Sequence record: CM075947.1
Length of the DNA stretch: 32,000 nt
Strand: one strand, 5' to 3'
Shown in pieces: positions 1 through 10,059 of the stretch (position 1 is the stretch's first letter; every line of letters begins with the position of its first letter). The notes under the pieces were generated by a model. The model saw only the letters and a list, made by a program, of their open reading frames with translations, had not been told where the DNA came from and made no database searches. The position numbers were made by a program, and so were the translations under genes.

Positions 1-54
1 CCGACGACAATCGGTTTACAAGACCGATACTCTGACCAACTGAGTTAAGCAGGC
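1..54 (-). tRNA. trnT: tRNA-Thr(UGU), 3' part cut by the window edge
   Basis: The reverse complement reads GCCTGCT-TA-ACTC-AGTTGGTC-AGAGT-A-TCGGT-CTTGTAA-ACCGA-TTGTC-GTCGG. This gives an acceptor 5' half, a D arm and an anticodon stem with loop CU-UGU-AA. The T arm is truncated at position 1. Confidence 0.8.
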
Positions 55-155
55 TTACTGACTTTTATTATACATAAATATTTCAAAAAAAAACAACACT
101 TAGTATTGTGTTACAATAAAAACTACAGCAGCTTATATATTTCTTTTTACAGTTT

Positions 156-272
156 ATGTTGACGTTAAAAATTACTGTTTATACTGTAATTATTTTCTTT
201 GTTTCCTTATTTATATTTGGCTTCTTATCGAACGACCCTGGTCGTAACCCAGGACGCCGAGATTTAGATTAA
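156..272 (+). CDS. psbI: photosystem II reaction-centre protein I (38 aa)
   Basis: Read by hand because it is too short for the ORF track. ATG at 156, TAA at 270-272. The translation [38 protein letters not shown] matches the conserved PsbI sequence ([31 protein letters not shown]). Confidence 0.93.
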   Translation: MLTLKITVYTVIIFFVSLFIFGFLSNDPGRNPGRRDLD

Positions 273-282
273 TATAGTGTGT

Positions 283-315
283 AAACTTTTTTCTCTTGTA
301 AAGAGAAAAAAGTTT
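283..315 (+). terminator. 3' inverted repeat after psbI (15-bp stem, 3-nt loop)
   Basis: aaacttttttctctt (283-297) / gta / aagagaaaaaagttt (301-315) is perfectly complementary and lies 11 nt after the psbI stop. Confidence 0.6.
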
Positions 316-334
316 CGCTAATATATTTTTGTAT

Positions 335-414
335 GCCTTGGTGGTGGAATGGTAGACACGCTTGTCTTAGGAACAAGTGCCATCGGCGTGGAGGTTCGAG
401 TCCTCTCCAAGGTA
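335..414 (+). tRNA. trnL: tRNA-Leu(UAG), class II
   Basis: GCCTTGG-TG-GTGGAATGGTAGACACG..CTTGT-CTTAGGA-ACAAG, then a long variable arm, then GGAGG-TTCGAGT-CCTCT-CCAAGGT-A. The anticodon loop is CU-UAG-GA. It closely resembles land-plant trnL-UAG. Confidence 0.93.
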
Positions 415-419
415 ATAAT

Positions 420-505
420 TGCATCCAGTTGGACTTGAACCAACGATGTTCCTTATGGAATTTGGATTATGAGTCCAATGCTTTCGACCACTCAGCCATG
501 GATGC
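420..505 (-). tRNA. trnI: tRNA(CAU), trnI(CAU)-like (lysidine tRNA-Ile candidate) with an unusually long 17-nt variable arm
   Basis: The reverse complement reads GCATCCA-TG-GCT-GAGTGGTCGAA-AGC-A-TTGGA-CTCATAA-TCCAA-ATTCCATAAGGAACATC-GTTGG-TTCAAGT-CCAAC-TGGATGC-A. The acceptor stem and 5' region (GCATCCATGGCTGA) are the same as land-plant trnI-CAU. The anticodon is CAU. The variable region can form a TTCC/GGAA stem. Confidence 0.8.
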
Positions 506-522
506 TTTAACCTTTTTCTACT

Positions 523-604
523 GCCTCTATGGTGAAATTGGTAGACACGCAGTGTTGAGGGCACTGTGCTTTCAAGCATTTCGGTTCGAATCCGGATAGA
601 GGTA
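523..604 (+). tRNA. trnL: tRNA-Leu(GAG), class II
   Basis: GCCTCTA-TG-GTGAAATTGGTAGACACG-CAGTG-TTGAGGG-CACTG, then a long variable arm, then TCGG-TTCGAAT-CCGG-ATAGAGGT-A. The loop is UU-GAG-GG, with U33 and G37. Confidence 0.88.
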
Positions 605-635
605 TTAAATTCTTACCAAAAACTATTGCACAGTT

Positions 636-709
636 TGCCTGCTACTAGATTTGAACTAGTGACAACCCGCGTATGAGACGGGTGCTCTAACCAGCTGAGC
701 TAAGCAGGC
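636..709 (-). tRNA. trnM: tRNA-Met(CAU), elongator type
   Basis: The reverse complement reads GCCTGCT-TA-GCTC-AGCTGGTT-AGAGC-A-CCCGT-CTCATAC-GCGGG-TTGTC-ACTAG-TTCAAAT-CTAGT-AGCAGGC-A. The CUCAUAC loop is as in plastid elongator trnM, and the 3-GC initiator signature is absent. Confidence 0.88.
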
Positions 710-753
710 TTCATAATTTAATAATACTAATAAATAGAAGAAAATTGCAACTG

Positions 754-2487
754 ATGACTTCAAATATAATACATTCATTAACAAATTTTTTTGGTTTTAG
801 TGGCTTTATTATATTTGCAAGTCGTTTGTACATTTTACAATGTTTTCAACATCCTCATTTATTGCAAATTGTTAATTCACAACAACAGATTAAATTCAGT
901 AATAAGAATACAAGACGAACAATTAAAGACCGAGAAGGAAACTGTATAGCAATTCAACAGTTAGTTTATGATTGTCATATTGATAAAAATTTAGAAATAG
1001 ATAAATTAAATGCAAAATATTTTGGTATCCCGTTTTATAAAGAGAATATAAAGAACAAAAAGTCTTTTTTTTTGAAAAATATACCAACTTTTATGCTCAA
1101 ACAATTTATTAATTCTAATACATATAATCCAATACAACAATTTAAAAGGATTTATCCTTATCGATCTTTATACTCTTCTGTTATAGGATATGTTAACAAA
1201 GAAAATCAAGGTCAAGCTGGTTTAGAGATGTCTTTTGATAAAAAATTGGTGATCAATTCAACTTTTTTACCATGTTGGGTCGATGGTCAAGGACTTCCAA
1301 CTGGAAAAGACTTATATCATCCTTTTCTTTTTTCAAAAAAAAATTCTTTTTTTTTAACATTAAATAATAAACTACAGGAGAAATTATATCAAATTTTAAA
1401 AAAAGGGTTTGATACATTTTCTCCAAATCGGTTGGGTACCATAGTTATGGATGTAAAAACTGGAGAAATTCAAGCATGGGTCGAATTCCCTAGTTATGAT
1501 TCAAACAACTATTCCGAGTACTCATTAGATAATTTGAATTCTTGGATGGCGACAAAATATTATGAGCCGGGAAGTACTTGGAAACCAATAAATGTCGCAA
1601 TTGCTTTAGAAACAGAATGTATTAATAAAGACAATTTAATTTTAGATACTGGACAAGTATCTTTTGGCGAGCATACATTTAAAAATGCATTTGTTACCAA
1701 TAAACAACAAATTTTAGATTTAACGGATATTATTCGATTTTCTAGTAATGTTGGTATGGTAAAAATATTGCAAAAAATTCCATTAGTCATTTACTACAAT
1801 TGGCTTCTAAAGTTGGACTTAGGTTTCAAAAATAGTACTAATAGTCATATTTCGTACCCATTTACAAGTGCTGATTTGAGTTCAATTGAATGTTTGGTTA
1901 AGTCACAGCTTGATTTTGTAAGTCATTCAATAGGTCAAGGTATCGGATTAACTGTTTTAAAATTAGTTCAAATTTTGAATTTACTAGGCAACAATGGGTT
2001 TTTGGTAACGCCAACACCTGTTTTTAATCAATCCATACAGCAGAAAAGTTTAGAGAAAGTTTTTCTCGGTCCAGCACCGTATTCCATAGATTCTCACCGA
2101 CCAAGAAAAAAGATTTTTTCTAGTAAAACGACAAATCAAATTTGTAACATATTAGAACAAACTATTCTATTAGGAACCGGCCAAAATTCTTTTTTTCAAG
2201 GTTACTCTTTAGGAGGAAAAACAGGAACAGCACAACAAGCAATAAAAAACTTAGGTTATCAAGAAATTGCTACTAGTTTTTTTTGCTTTTATCCAGCTAA
2301 AAACCCCAAATATATTATTTATGTAATTATTGACAAGCCTAAAAATCCATATAGATTTGCATCAAATACTGCAGTTGAATTAGGAAAAGCTATCGTCCAA
2401 GAAATTATTACATTAAGAAATGATTTGCCAACAAAACCAAGATCATTTTTATTTAAAAATAGTAAAGTGAAAAAAAAGGTTTTTTAA
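754..2487 (+). CDS. ftsI: class B penicillin-binding protein / FtsI-like peptidoglycan transpeptidase (plastid-encoded)
   Basis: Long ORF. The track starts at TTG 745 and the first ATG is at 754. It has an N-terminal hydrophobic anchor followed by ordered catalytic boxes: STWK (1573-1584, EPGSTWKP), SSN (1741-1749, RFSSNVG) and KTGT (2218-2229, GGKTGTAQ). Confidence 0.85.
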   Translation: MTSNIIHSLTNFFGFSGFIIFASRLYILQCFQHPHLLQIVNSQQQIKFSNKNTRRTIKDREGNCIAIQQLVYDCHIDKNLEIDKLNAKYFGIPFYKENIKNKKSFFLKNIPTFMLKQFINSNTYNPIQQFKRIYPYRSLYSSVIGYVNKENQGQAGLEMSFDKKLVINSTFLPCWVDGQGLPTGKDLYHPFLFSKKNSFFLTLNNKLQEKLYQILKKGFDTFSPNRLGTIVMDVKTGEIQAWVEFPSYDSNNYSEYSLDNLNSWMATKYYEPGSTWKPINVAIALETECINKDNLILDTGQVSFGEHTFKNAFVTNKQQILDLTDIIRFSSNVGMVKILQKIPLVIYYNWLLKLDLGFKNSTNSHISYPFTSADLSSIECLVKSQLDFVSHSIGQGIGLTVLKLVQILNLLGNNGFLVTPTPVFNQSIQQKSLEKVFLGPAPYSIDSHRPRKKIFSSKTTNQICNILEQTILLGTGQNSFFQGYSLGGKTGTAQQAIKNLGYQEIATSFFCFYPAKNPKYIIYVIIDKPKNPYRFASNTAVELGKAIVQEIITLRNDLPTKPRSFLFKNSKVKKKVF

Positions 2488-2587
2488 TTTATAATAATTA
2501 ATAAGAAAGAACAAAATTACACATTTGTAATGTTGAGCAAAAAGCTCCTTAACAAATAGAGCGTGTATTTGAAAATATAAAATTTGA

Positions 2588-5033
<2,446 letters not shown>

Positions 5034-5050
5034 TTTTTAGAATTGATAGT

Positions 5051-5094
5051 TATACAACCAGTAAACCCGTTAAAACGGGTTTACTGGTTGTATA
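5051..5094 (+). terminator. 3' inverted repeat after psbC (20-bp perfect stem, loop TAAA)
   Basis: tatacaaccagtaaacccgt (5051-5070) / taaa / acgggtttactggttgtata (5075-5094). Confidence 0.75.
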
Positions 5095-5144
5095 TAATTT
5101 AGTAATAAAAAGAAAATTTGCTTTATCAATCTGAGCTAATATAG

Positions 5145-5435
<291 letters not shown>

Positions 5436-5440
5436 AAATA

Positions 5441-5462
5441 AGTAGGCCTTTTTAGGCCTACT
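5441..5462 (+). terminator. 3' stem-loop after psaC (9-bp GC-rich stem)
   Basis: agtaggcct (5441-5449) / tttt / aggcctact (5454-5462), 6 nt after the stop. Confidence 0.65.
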
Positions 5463-5492
5463 CTACACATTAAATTAATTTCTAGTCACATA

Positions 5493-6971
5493 ATGAATTC
5501 GTTTCCATGGTTAACATTTATTACAATTTTTCCGACTGCTGCAGGTTTATTGATACCTTTTATTTCCGATAATACTGGTAAAAAGGTACGATGGTATACA
5601 CTTGGAATAAGCTTAATTAATTTATTAGTTATTAGTTATATGTTTGCTAATTTCTATGAATTTGAAAGTACCAGTTTGCAGTTAGTTGAAAATTCAATTT
5701 GGATTAATAATTTATTTCTTCATTGGCATTTAGCTGTTGATGGTTTATCAATTCCACTTGTTTTATTAACAGGGTTCATTACAACCATATCGGTTTTGAG
5801 TGCCTGGCCCGTCACAAAAAATGTTAAACTTTTTCATTTTTTGATCCTACTAATGTTTAGTGCCCAACTAGGTGTTTTTTTAGCTCAAGATTTTTTGCTT
5901 TTTTTCTTCATGTGGGAACTAGAATTAATTCCTGTATACTTACTAATTTCAATTTGGGGTGGCGCACAAAGACAATATGCAGCAACAAAATTCATTCTTT
6001 ATACTGCTATAGCATCAATTTTTATTTTAATTGGTGGATTGAGCTTAGCAATATATACGTCAGATTTTAGTTTTCAGTTTGATGATATCTCAAAACAAAA
6101 AATTCCACTCAATTTACAAATTTTACTTTATTTCGGATTTTTAATTTCTTATGGCGTAAAATTACCGGCATTTCCAGCTCATACCTGGTTACCAGATGCT
6201 CACGGTGAAGCTTACACTAGTGCAAGTATGCTTCTCGCCGGGGTGCTATTAAAAATGGGCGGGTATGCTTTAGTACGAATTAATATGATGCTTTTACCCG
6301 AAGCCCATAAGATATTTTCTCCTGTACTTATTGTTATAGGTGTAATAAATATTATTTATGCTGCTTGCACAGCATTTGCACAAAGGAATTTGAAACGTAA
6401 AATTGCTTATTCGTCAATATCACACATGGGCTTCGTATTGGTTGGGATTGGTTCTTTGTCGGTTAGCGGTTTAAATGGAGCAATTTTTCAAATGATATCC
6501 CATGGTCTTATTGGAGCGGCATTGTTTTTCCTGGCAGGTATCATTTATGATCGTACCCAAACATTAAACTTGGAAAGTCTCGGAGGACTTGGTGAATCCA
6601 TGCCAAAGGTTTTTTTAATGATGACTACTTGTTGTTTAGCTTCATTAGCCTTACCTGGTTTGAGTGGGTTCTTAGCTGAATTTTTAGTGTTTTTAGGATT
6701 AATTACTAGTGAACAATATACAATATGGTTTAAGTCATTTATTACATTTTTTGAGGCAATAGGGATTATTCTAACTCCAATTTATTTGTTATCTATGTTA
6801 CGACAGGTATTTTATGGTACATCTATGATCAGCTATAAAGATGCCGGTCCCCGCGAGGTTTTTGTTTTTTCATCATTTTTAGTACCAATACTTAGTTTTG
6901 GATTATATCCAAAATTAGCAATTAACATGTATGAATTTACGAGTCAGTCTATTATTAGACTATTTGTGTAG
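5493..6971 (+). CDS. ndhD: NAD(P)H-quinone oxidoreductase (NDH) subunit 4
   Basis: 492 aa polytopic membrane protein, MNSFPWLT..., with the conserved blocks [29 protein letters not shown] and [15 protein letters not shown]. It lies directly after psaC, as in the land-plant psaC-ndhD unit. Confidence 0.95.
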   Translation: MNSFPWLTFITIFPTAAGLLIPFISDNTGKKVRWYTLGISLINLLVISYMFANFYEFESTSLQLVENSIWINNLFLHWHLAVDGLSIPLVLLTGFITTISVLSAWPVTKNVKLFHFLILLMFSAQLGVFLAQDFLLFFFMWELELIPVYLLISIWGGAQRQYAATKFILYTAIASIFILIGGLSLAIYTSDFSFQFDDISKQKIPLNLQILLYFGFLISYGVKLPAFPAHTWLPDAHGEAYTSASMLLAGVLLKMGGYALVRINMMLLPEAHKIFSPVLIVIGVINIIYAACTAFAQRNLKRKIAYSSISHMGFVLVGIGSLSVSGLNGAIFQMISHGLIGAALFFLAGIIYDRTQTLNLESLGGLGESMPKVFLMMTTCCLASLALPGLSGFLAEFLVFLGLITSEQYTIWFKSFITFFEAIGIILTPIYLLSMLRQVFYGTSMISYKDAGPREVFVFSSFLVPILSFGLYPKLAINMYEFTSQSIIRLFV

Positions 6972-6986
6972 GCCAATTTGGCCTAC
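6968..6986 (+). terminator. 3' stem-loop overlapping the ndhD stop codon
   Basis: gtaggcc (6968-6974) / aattt / ggcctac (6980-6986). The TAG stop (6969-6971) lies inside the 5' arm. Confidence 0.55.
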
Positions 6987-7040
6987 TTAAACTTGCGAAA
7001 GTATACAAAAGTTCGGTAAAATAATATTTGTATTTTACAT

Positions 7041-7112
7041 TCCTCAGTAGCTCAGTGGTAGAGCGATCGGCTGTTAACCGATTGGTCGTAGGTTCAAATC
7101 CTACCTGGGGAG
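7041..7112 (+). tRNA. trnN: tRNA-Asn(GUU)
   Basis: TCCTCAG-TA-GCTC-AGTGGT-AGAGC-G-ATCGG-CTGTTAA-CCGAT-TGGTC-GTAGG-TTCAAAT-CCTAC-CTGGGGA-G. Confidence 0.93.
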
Positions 7113-7117
7113 ATTGA

Positions 7118-7939
7118 CTATGTAGCGACAAACCAACCATAACTGTGAAGACCTTTACCCAATAGATTGACTCCTAAATAACAAATCCAAATTGTAAAGA
7201 AACCAAATGTTGCGACCCAAGCTGATTTTTCTCCTTGCCAGCCTTTATTCATTCGGAGATGAAGATAAATAGCAAAAACAAGCCAGGTTATTAAAGCCCA
7301 AGTCTCTTTCGGATCCCAACTCCAGTAGGATCCCCAAGATTCATTAGCCCAAACCGCTCCAGATAAAATACCAATAGTTAGGCAAGGAAACCCAAAACTT
7401 AAAGTTCGATAACTTAGATCGTCTAATTGAAAAGTTAGTGGGCTCTCTAATAATTCTTGTTTTGTTGAACCTTTCATGACTAATAGTGCAATAGCAAATA
7501 ATGCGCCACATAACAAAGTTGCATAACTAACAATCATTACTGTTACATGCATAATCAACCAGTTGGATTGCAAAGCAGGAACAAGAGCAGAGGCAACTTG
7601 CATATCTTTAGGAAGCGATAAAGTGGCAAAAGAAAAAATAAAAGTCACAACCGGCGCCAGTAAAACTTTCACCCAATAAACTTTTTGGGTACTTTGAAAA
7701 ATCAGTAAAGTAGTTGATAAAAAAATTAGTGATTCATATAAATTACTTAATGGAAAATGGCCAGAATTTTTCCAACGTAATATAAACCAAAAAATTAAAA
7801 CTGAAACATTTACAATACTTAGAATATTATGAATGTTTTTTAAAACAGTTTGTCTTGTAAAAAGAACTGATGCCCAACTTACAAACATATTTGTTAACAA
7901 ACCAATGAATGTAAAGTTCGCTAAATCCGCTTCGATCAT
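7118..7939 (-). CDS. ccsA: cytochrome c biogenesis protein CcsA (heme attachment, system II)
   Basis: The tryptophan-rich WWD box is present ([26 protein letters not shown]), with conserved His residues and GLHSYG at the C-terminus. The ORF track extends to ATG 8023. I prefer the internal ATG at 7939 (MIEADLANF...) by comparison with other CcsA N-termini. The start is uncertain. Confidence 0.88.
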   Translation of the reverse strand: MIEADLANFTFIGLLTNMFVSWASVLFTRQTVLKNIHNILSIVNVSVLIFWFILRWKNSGHFPLSNLYESLIFLSTTLLIFQSTQKVYWVKVLLAPVVTFIFSFATLSLPKDMQVASALVPALQSNWLIMHVTVMIVSYATLLCGALFAIALLVMKGSTKQELLESPLTFQLDDLSYRTLSFGFPCLTIGILSGAVWANESWGSYWSWDPKETWALITWLVFAIYLHLRMNKGWQGEKSAWVATFGFFTIWICYLGVNLLGKGLHSYGWFVAT

Positions 7940-8174
7940 CAAAATTAATCTTATTTTTGTTACGTGTTTAGTATAACTTGAATAATAAAAATTCGTAAAT
8001 AAAAAAGTTAGGTAAGATTTCATCTACCTTGAAAAACAACTTACAGTATTTATGTTAAGAAACGTTTTACCAGTATTCCTTATAAATATTGAGCTATTTA
8101 ATCAAATACAATTTTATTTTTTCAACAAATTAAGTTTTGCAAAAAATTTATCGAAAGGTTTTGAAAGAAAAATG

Positions 8175-8204
8175 TTCTCGAGTAAGTAATGAATTACTCG
8201 AGAA
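8175..8204 (-). terminator. 3' stem-loop after rps4 (11-bp stem)
   Basis: ttctcgagtaa (8175-8185) / 8-nt loop / ttactcgagaa (8194-8204), 8 nt downstream of the rps4 stop on the minus strand. Confidence 0.6.
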
Positions 8205-8211
8205 TTATTTA

Positions 8212-8784
8212 TTAGGCTTTTCTTGAATAGTATTCAACAACTAATAGTTCATTTATTTTCATTGGAATAGAAGAACGATCCACAATATTATTTACTTGAC
8301 CAAAATTTTCATCCATTTTACGAGTTAGATGATTTGGAATGTTGGAATGATTAGAAAGTGTAATTTGTGCTTGAATTTTATCATATGCTCGACATTCGTA
8401 ACTAGGAATATTGACGATCCTACCATTTACAAGAATATGTCCATGATTAACTAGTTGACGAGCTGCAAAAATAGTCGGTGCAAATCCTAAACGATACACA
8501 ATATTATCGAGACGCATTTCTAGAAGTTGCAGAATAATATCCCCTGTTGATCCTTTTTTTCGACGAGCTTTTCGTACGTAGTTTAACAATTGTCGTTCAG
8601 TAACACCGTAGTTATAACGCAATTTTTGTTTCTCTTGTAAACGAACACCGTAGGCAGATATCTTCGTATCTTTTGCTCCATGTTGTCCAGGTCGGTTAGA
8701 CTTCTTTGACTGTTTTTGAGTAAATCCTGGTAATTCTCCTAAACGACGTACTATCTTAGCACGAGGTCCTCTAAAACGAGACAT
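8212..8784 (-). CDS. rps4: 30S ribosomal protein S4
   Basis: 190 aa, [22 protein letters not shown]..., [44 protein letters not shown]. Confidence 0.97.
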   Translation of the reverse strand: MSRFRGPRAKIVRRLGELPGFTQKQSKKSNRPGQHGAKDTKISAYGVRLQEKQKLRYNYGVTERQLLNYVRKARRKKGSTGDIILQLLEMRLDNIVYRLGFAPTIFAARQLVNHGHILVNGRIVNIPSYECRAYDKIQAQITLSNHSNIPNHLTRKMDENFGQVNNIVDRSSIPMKINELLVVEYYSRKA

Positions 8785-9251
8785 AAAAATTCTTTATTTT
8801 TTTGATATTAACTATAATAGCATTCTTAATAAGTAAATCCTACTTATACTAAGCTTAATAATAGCTTGTTAGTCATTTTTATACGAACAAGTAATATGTA
8901 AATTTATTCAAAAAAATACTTGAAATATATATTAAAAATCAAAAATATCTAAATATTTACTTGTATTCTGTTCAATTTTTATTTAAACAACTAACAATTA
9001 TATTGTTACTAGATATTAAAATATCTGTCAAAAATTTTCCCTAACGAACAATCTGTGACATTATATAATGGCGTTTAAGCGTTATTAAATAAAGTTTAGT
9101 TTATCAAAAACTATATCGAAGATTATTTATGATTTAATCGTAAGTTCAGGTTTTTTTACTGTAAGAAAACAATTTATATTTTGGAGTATTGGCTATTTAT
9201 TAAATAAAAAAATATCAGTACATTACAACAATCTGTATGAATAACTAAGAT

Positions 9252-9323
9252 CTGGGGTGGAAGGATTCGAACCCTCGAATAACAGGACCAAAACCCGCTG
9301 CCTTACCACTTGGCCACACCCCA
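9252..9323 (-). tRNA. trnQ: tRNA-Gln(UUG)
   Basis: The reverse complement reads TGGGGTG-TG-GCC-AAGTGGTAA-GGC-A-GCGGG-TTTTGGT-CCTGT-TATTC-GAGGG-TTCGAAT-CCTTC-CACCCCA-G. It is nearly identical to land-plant trnQ-UUG. Confidence 0.93.
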
Positions 9324-9432
9324 ACAAAACTAGAATAGCATTTTTGTCAGGCAATCTGTCAATGTGTCCGATAAAAAAATTATGTAGTAATATAATATTA
9401 CAAAGTTTAATTTGAAACGTAGGAGAACTTTT

Positions 9433-9576
9433 GTGTTTACTACAACAAATCTTGTTTTAGCAAAGCTTCCTGAAGCTTACGCACCTTTTGATCCAATTGT
9501 AGATATATTACCTGTGATTCCTGTTCTTTTTCTTCTCCTTGCTTTTGTTTGGCAAGCAGCAGTAAGTTTTCGTTAA
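9433..9576 (+). CDS. psbK: photosystem II protein K (47 codons, GTG start)
   Basis: Read by hand. GTG at 9433 sits 7 nt after AGGAG (9421-9425), and TAA is at 9574-9576. The translation (M)[46 protein letters not shown] matches the mature PsbK core [29 protein letters not shown]. An alternative in-frame TTG lies at 9412. Confidence 0.9.
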   Translation: MFTTTNLVLAKLPEAYAPFDPIVDILPVIPVLFLLLAFVWQAAVSFR

Positions 9577-9584
9577 CTTTATCC

Positions 9585-9612
9585 TTGAGTGATCCTAGTA
9601 AGGATCACTCAA
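9585..9612 (+). terminator. 3' stem-loop after psbK (11-bp stem)
   Basis: ttgagtgatcc (9585-9595) / tagtaa / ggatcactcaa (9602-9612). Confidence 0.6.
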
Positions 9613-9632
9613 AGCTAGTATACTAAAGATTA

Positions 9633-9706
9633 CGGGATGTAGCGCAGTTTGGTAGCGCTCCTGTTTTGGGAACAGGAGGTCGCAGGTTCGAATCCTGCCA
9701 TCCCGA
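9633..9706 (+). tRNA. trnP: tRNA-Pro(UGG)
   Basis: CGGGATG-TA-GCGC-AGTTTGGT-AGCGC-T-CCTGT-TTTGGGA-ACAGG-AGGTC-GCAGG-TTCGAAT-CCTGC-CATCCCG-A. Confidence 0.93.
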
Positions 9707-9709
9707 GAC

Positions 9710-9782
9710 GCGTCCTTAGTTCAGTTGGTAGAACGTAGGTTTCCAAAACCTGATGTCGTGGGTTCAAGTCCTACAGGGCGTG
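9710..9782 (+). tRNA. trnW: tRNA-Trp(CCA)
   Basis: GCGTCCT-TA-GTTC-AGTTGGT-AGAAC-G-TAGGT-TTCCAAA-ACCTG-ATGTC-GTGGG-TTCAAGT-CCTAC-AGGGCGT-G. It begins only 3 nt after trnP. Confidence 0.93.
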
Positions 9783-9828
9783 TTGAATTACATTTAGAGT
9801 AATTCCACAAAAGTAATAAAAAAATTCT

Positions 9829-10035
9829 ATGCGATTTAATGAAGAACATCAATCAATCAGTTTTAAAATTGATTATAAAAACGTAGATTTCTTACGTCGA
9901 TTTATCACTTCCGAAGGAAAAATATTACCAAGACGTGCAACGGGATTAACGGCTAAGCAACAACGTCAATTAACAAAAGCGGTTAAACGTGCTCGTATTT
10001 TATCTCTATTACCCTTTGTTCACAAAGCTTCATAA
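9829..10035 (+). CDS. rps18: 30S ribosomal protein S18
   Basis: 68 aa with the S18 core [49 protein letters not shown]. Confidence 0.93.
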   Translation: MRFNEEHQSISFKIDYKNVDFLRRFITSEGKILPRRATGLTAKQQRQLTKAVKRARILSLLPFVHKAS

Positions 10036-10044
10036 AAAGCTTTG
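10023..10044. terminator. 8-bp stem-loop at the rps18/rpl20 convergence point
   Basis: caaagctt (10023-10030) / cataaa / aagctttg (10037-10044). The rps18 TAA lies in the loop. Confidence 0.4.
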
Positions 10045-10059
10045 CGAACAATCTTTCAA

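Noticed and set aside
333-599. Track ORFs 333-599 (+, 88 aa) and 367-579 (-, 70 aa).
   Set aside because: Both run straight through three well-formed tRNA genes: trnL(UAG), trnI(CAU)-like and trnL(GAG). Their translations are Cys/Trp/Arg-rich nonsense typical of GC-rich tRNA sequence read as protein.
6955-7140. Short ORFs overlapping tRNA genes: 6955-7140 (-) over trnN, 10355-10603 (+) and 10463-10657 (-) over trnD, and 18967-19161 (+) over trnC.
   Set aside because: Each owes its length to the stop-poor GC-rich tRNA sequence. None has homology signatures, and each overlaps better-supported features.
7940-8023. The 28-codon N-terminal extension of ccsA in the track, and similar upstream extensions of psbC (3582), psaB (12962), rpl20 (10440) and tufA (31675).
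   Set aside because: The extensions are not conserved and are AT-rich read-through. In psaB and psbC they overlap the preceding gene. In every case an internal ATG coincides with the canonical conserved N-terminus.
8052-8189. A 45-codon ORF (MLRNVLPVFLINIELFNQIQFYFFNKLSFAKNLSKGFERKMFSSK) in the ccsA-rps4 spacer.
   Set aside because: It bears no resemblance to any small plastid protein I know (psa/psb/pet/ycf12/rpl32-36). Its composition simply mirrors AT-rich DNA. It ends inside the rps4 3' hairpin and has no Shine-Dalgarno sequence.
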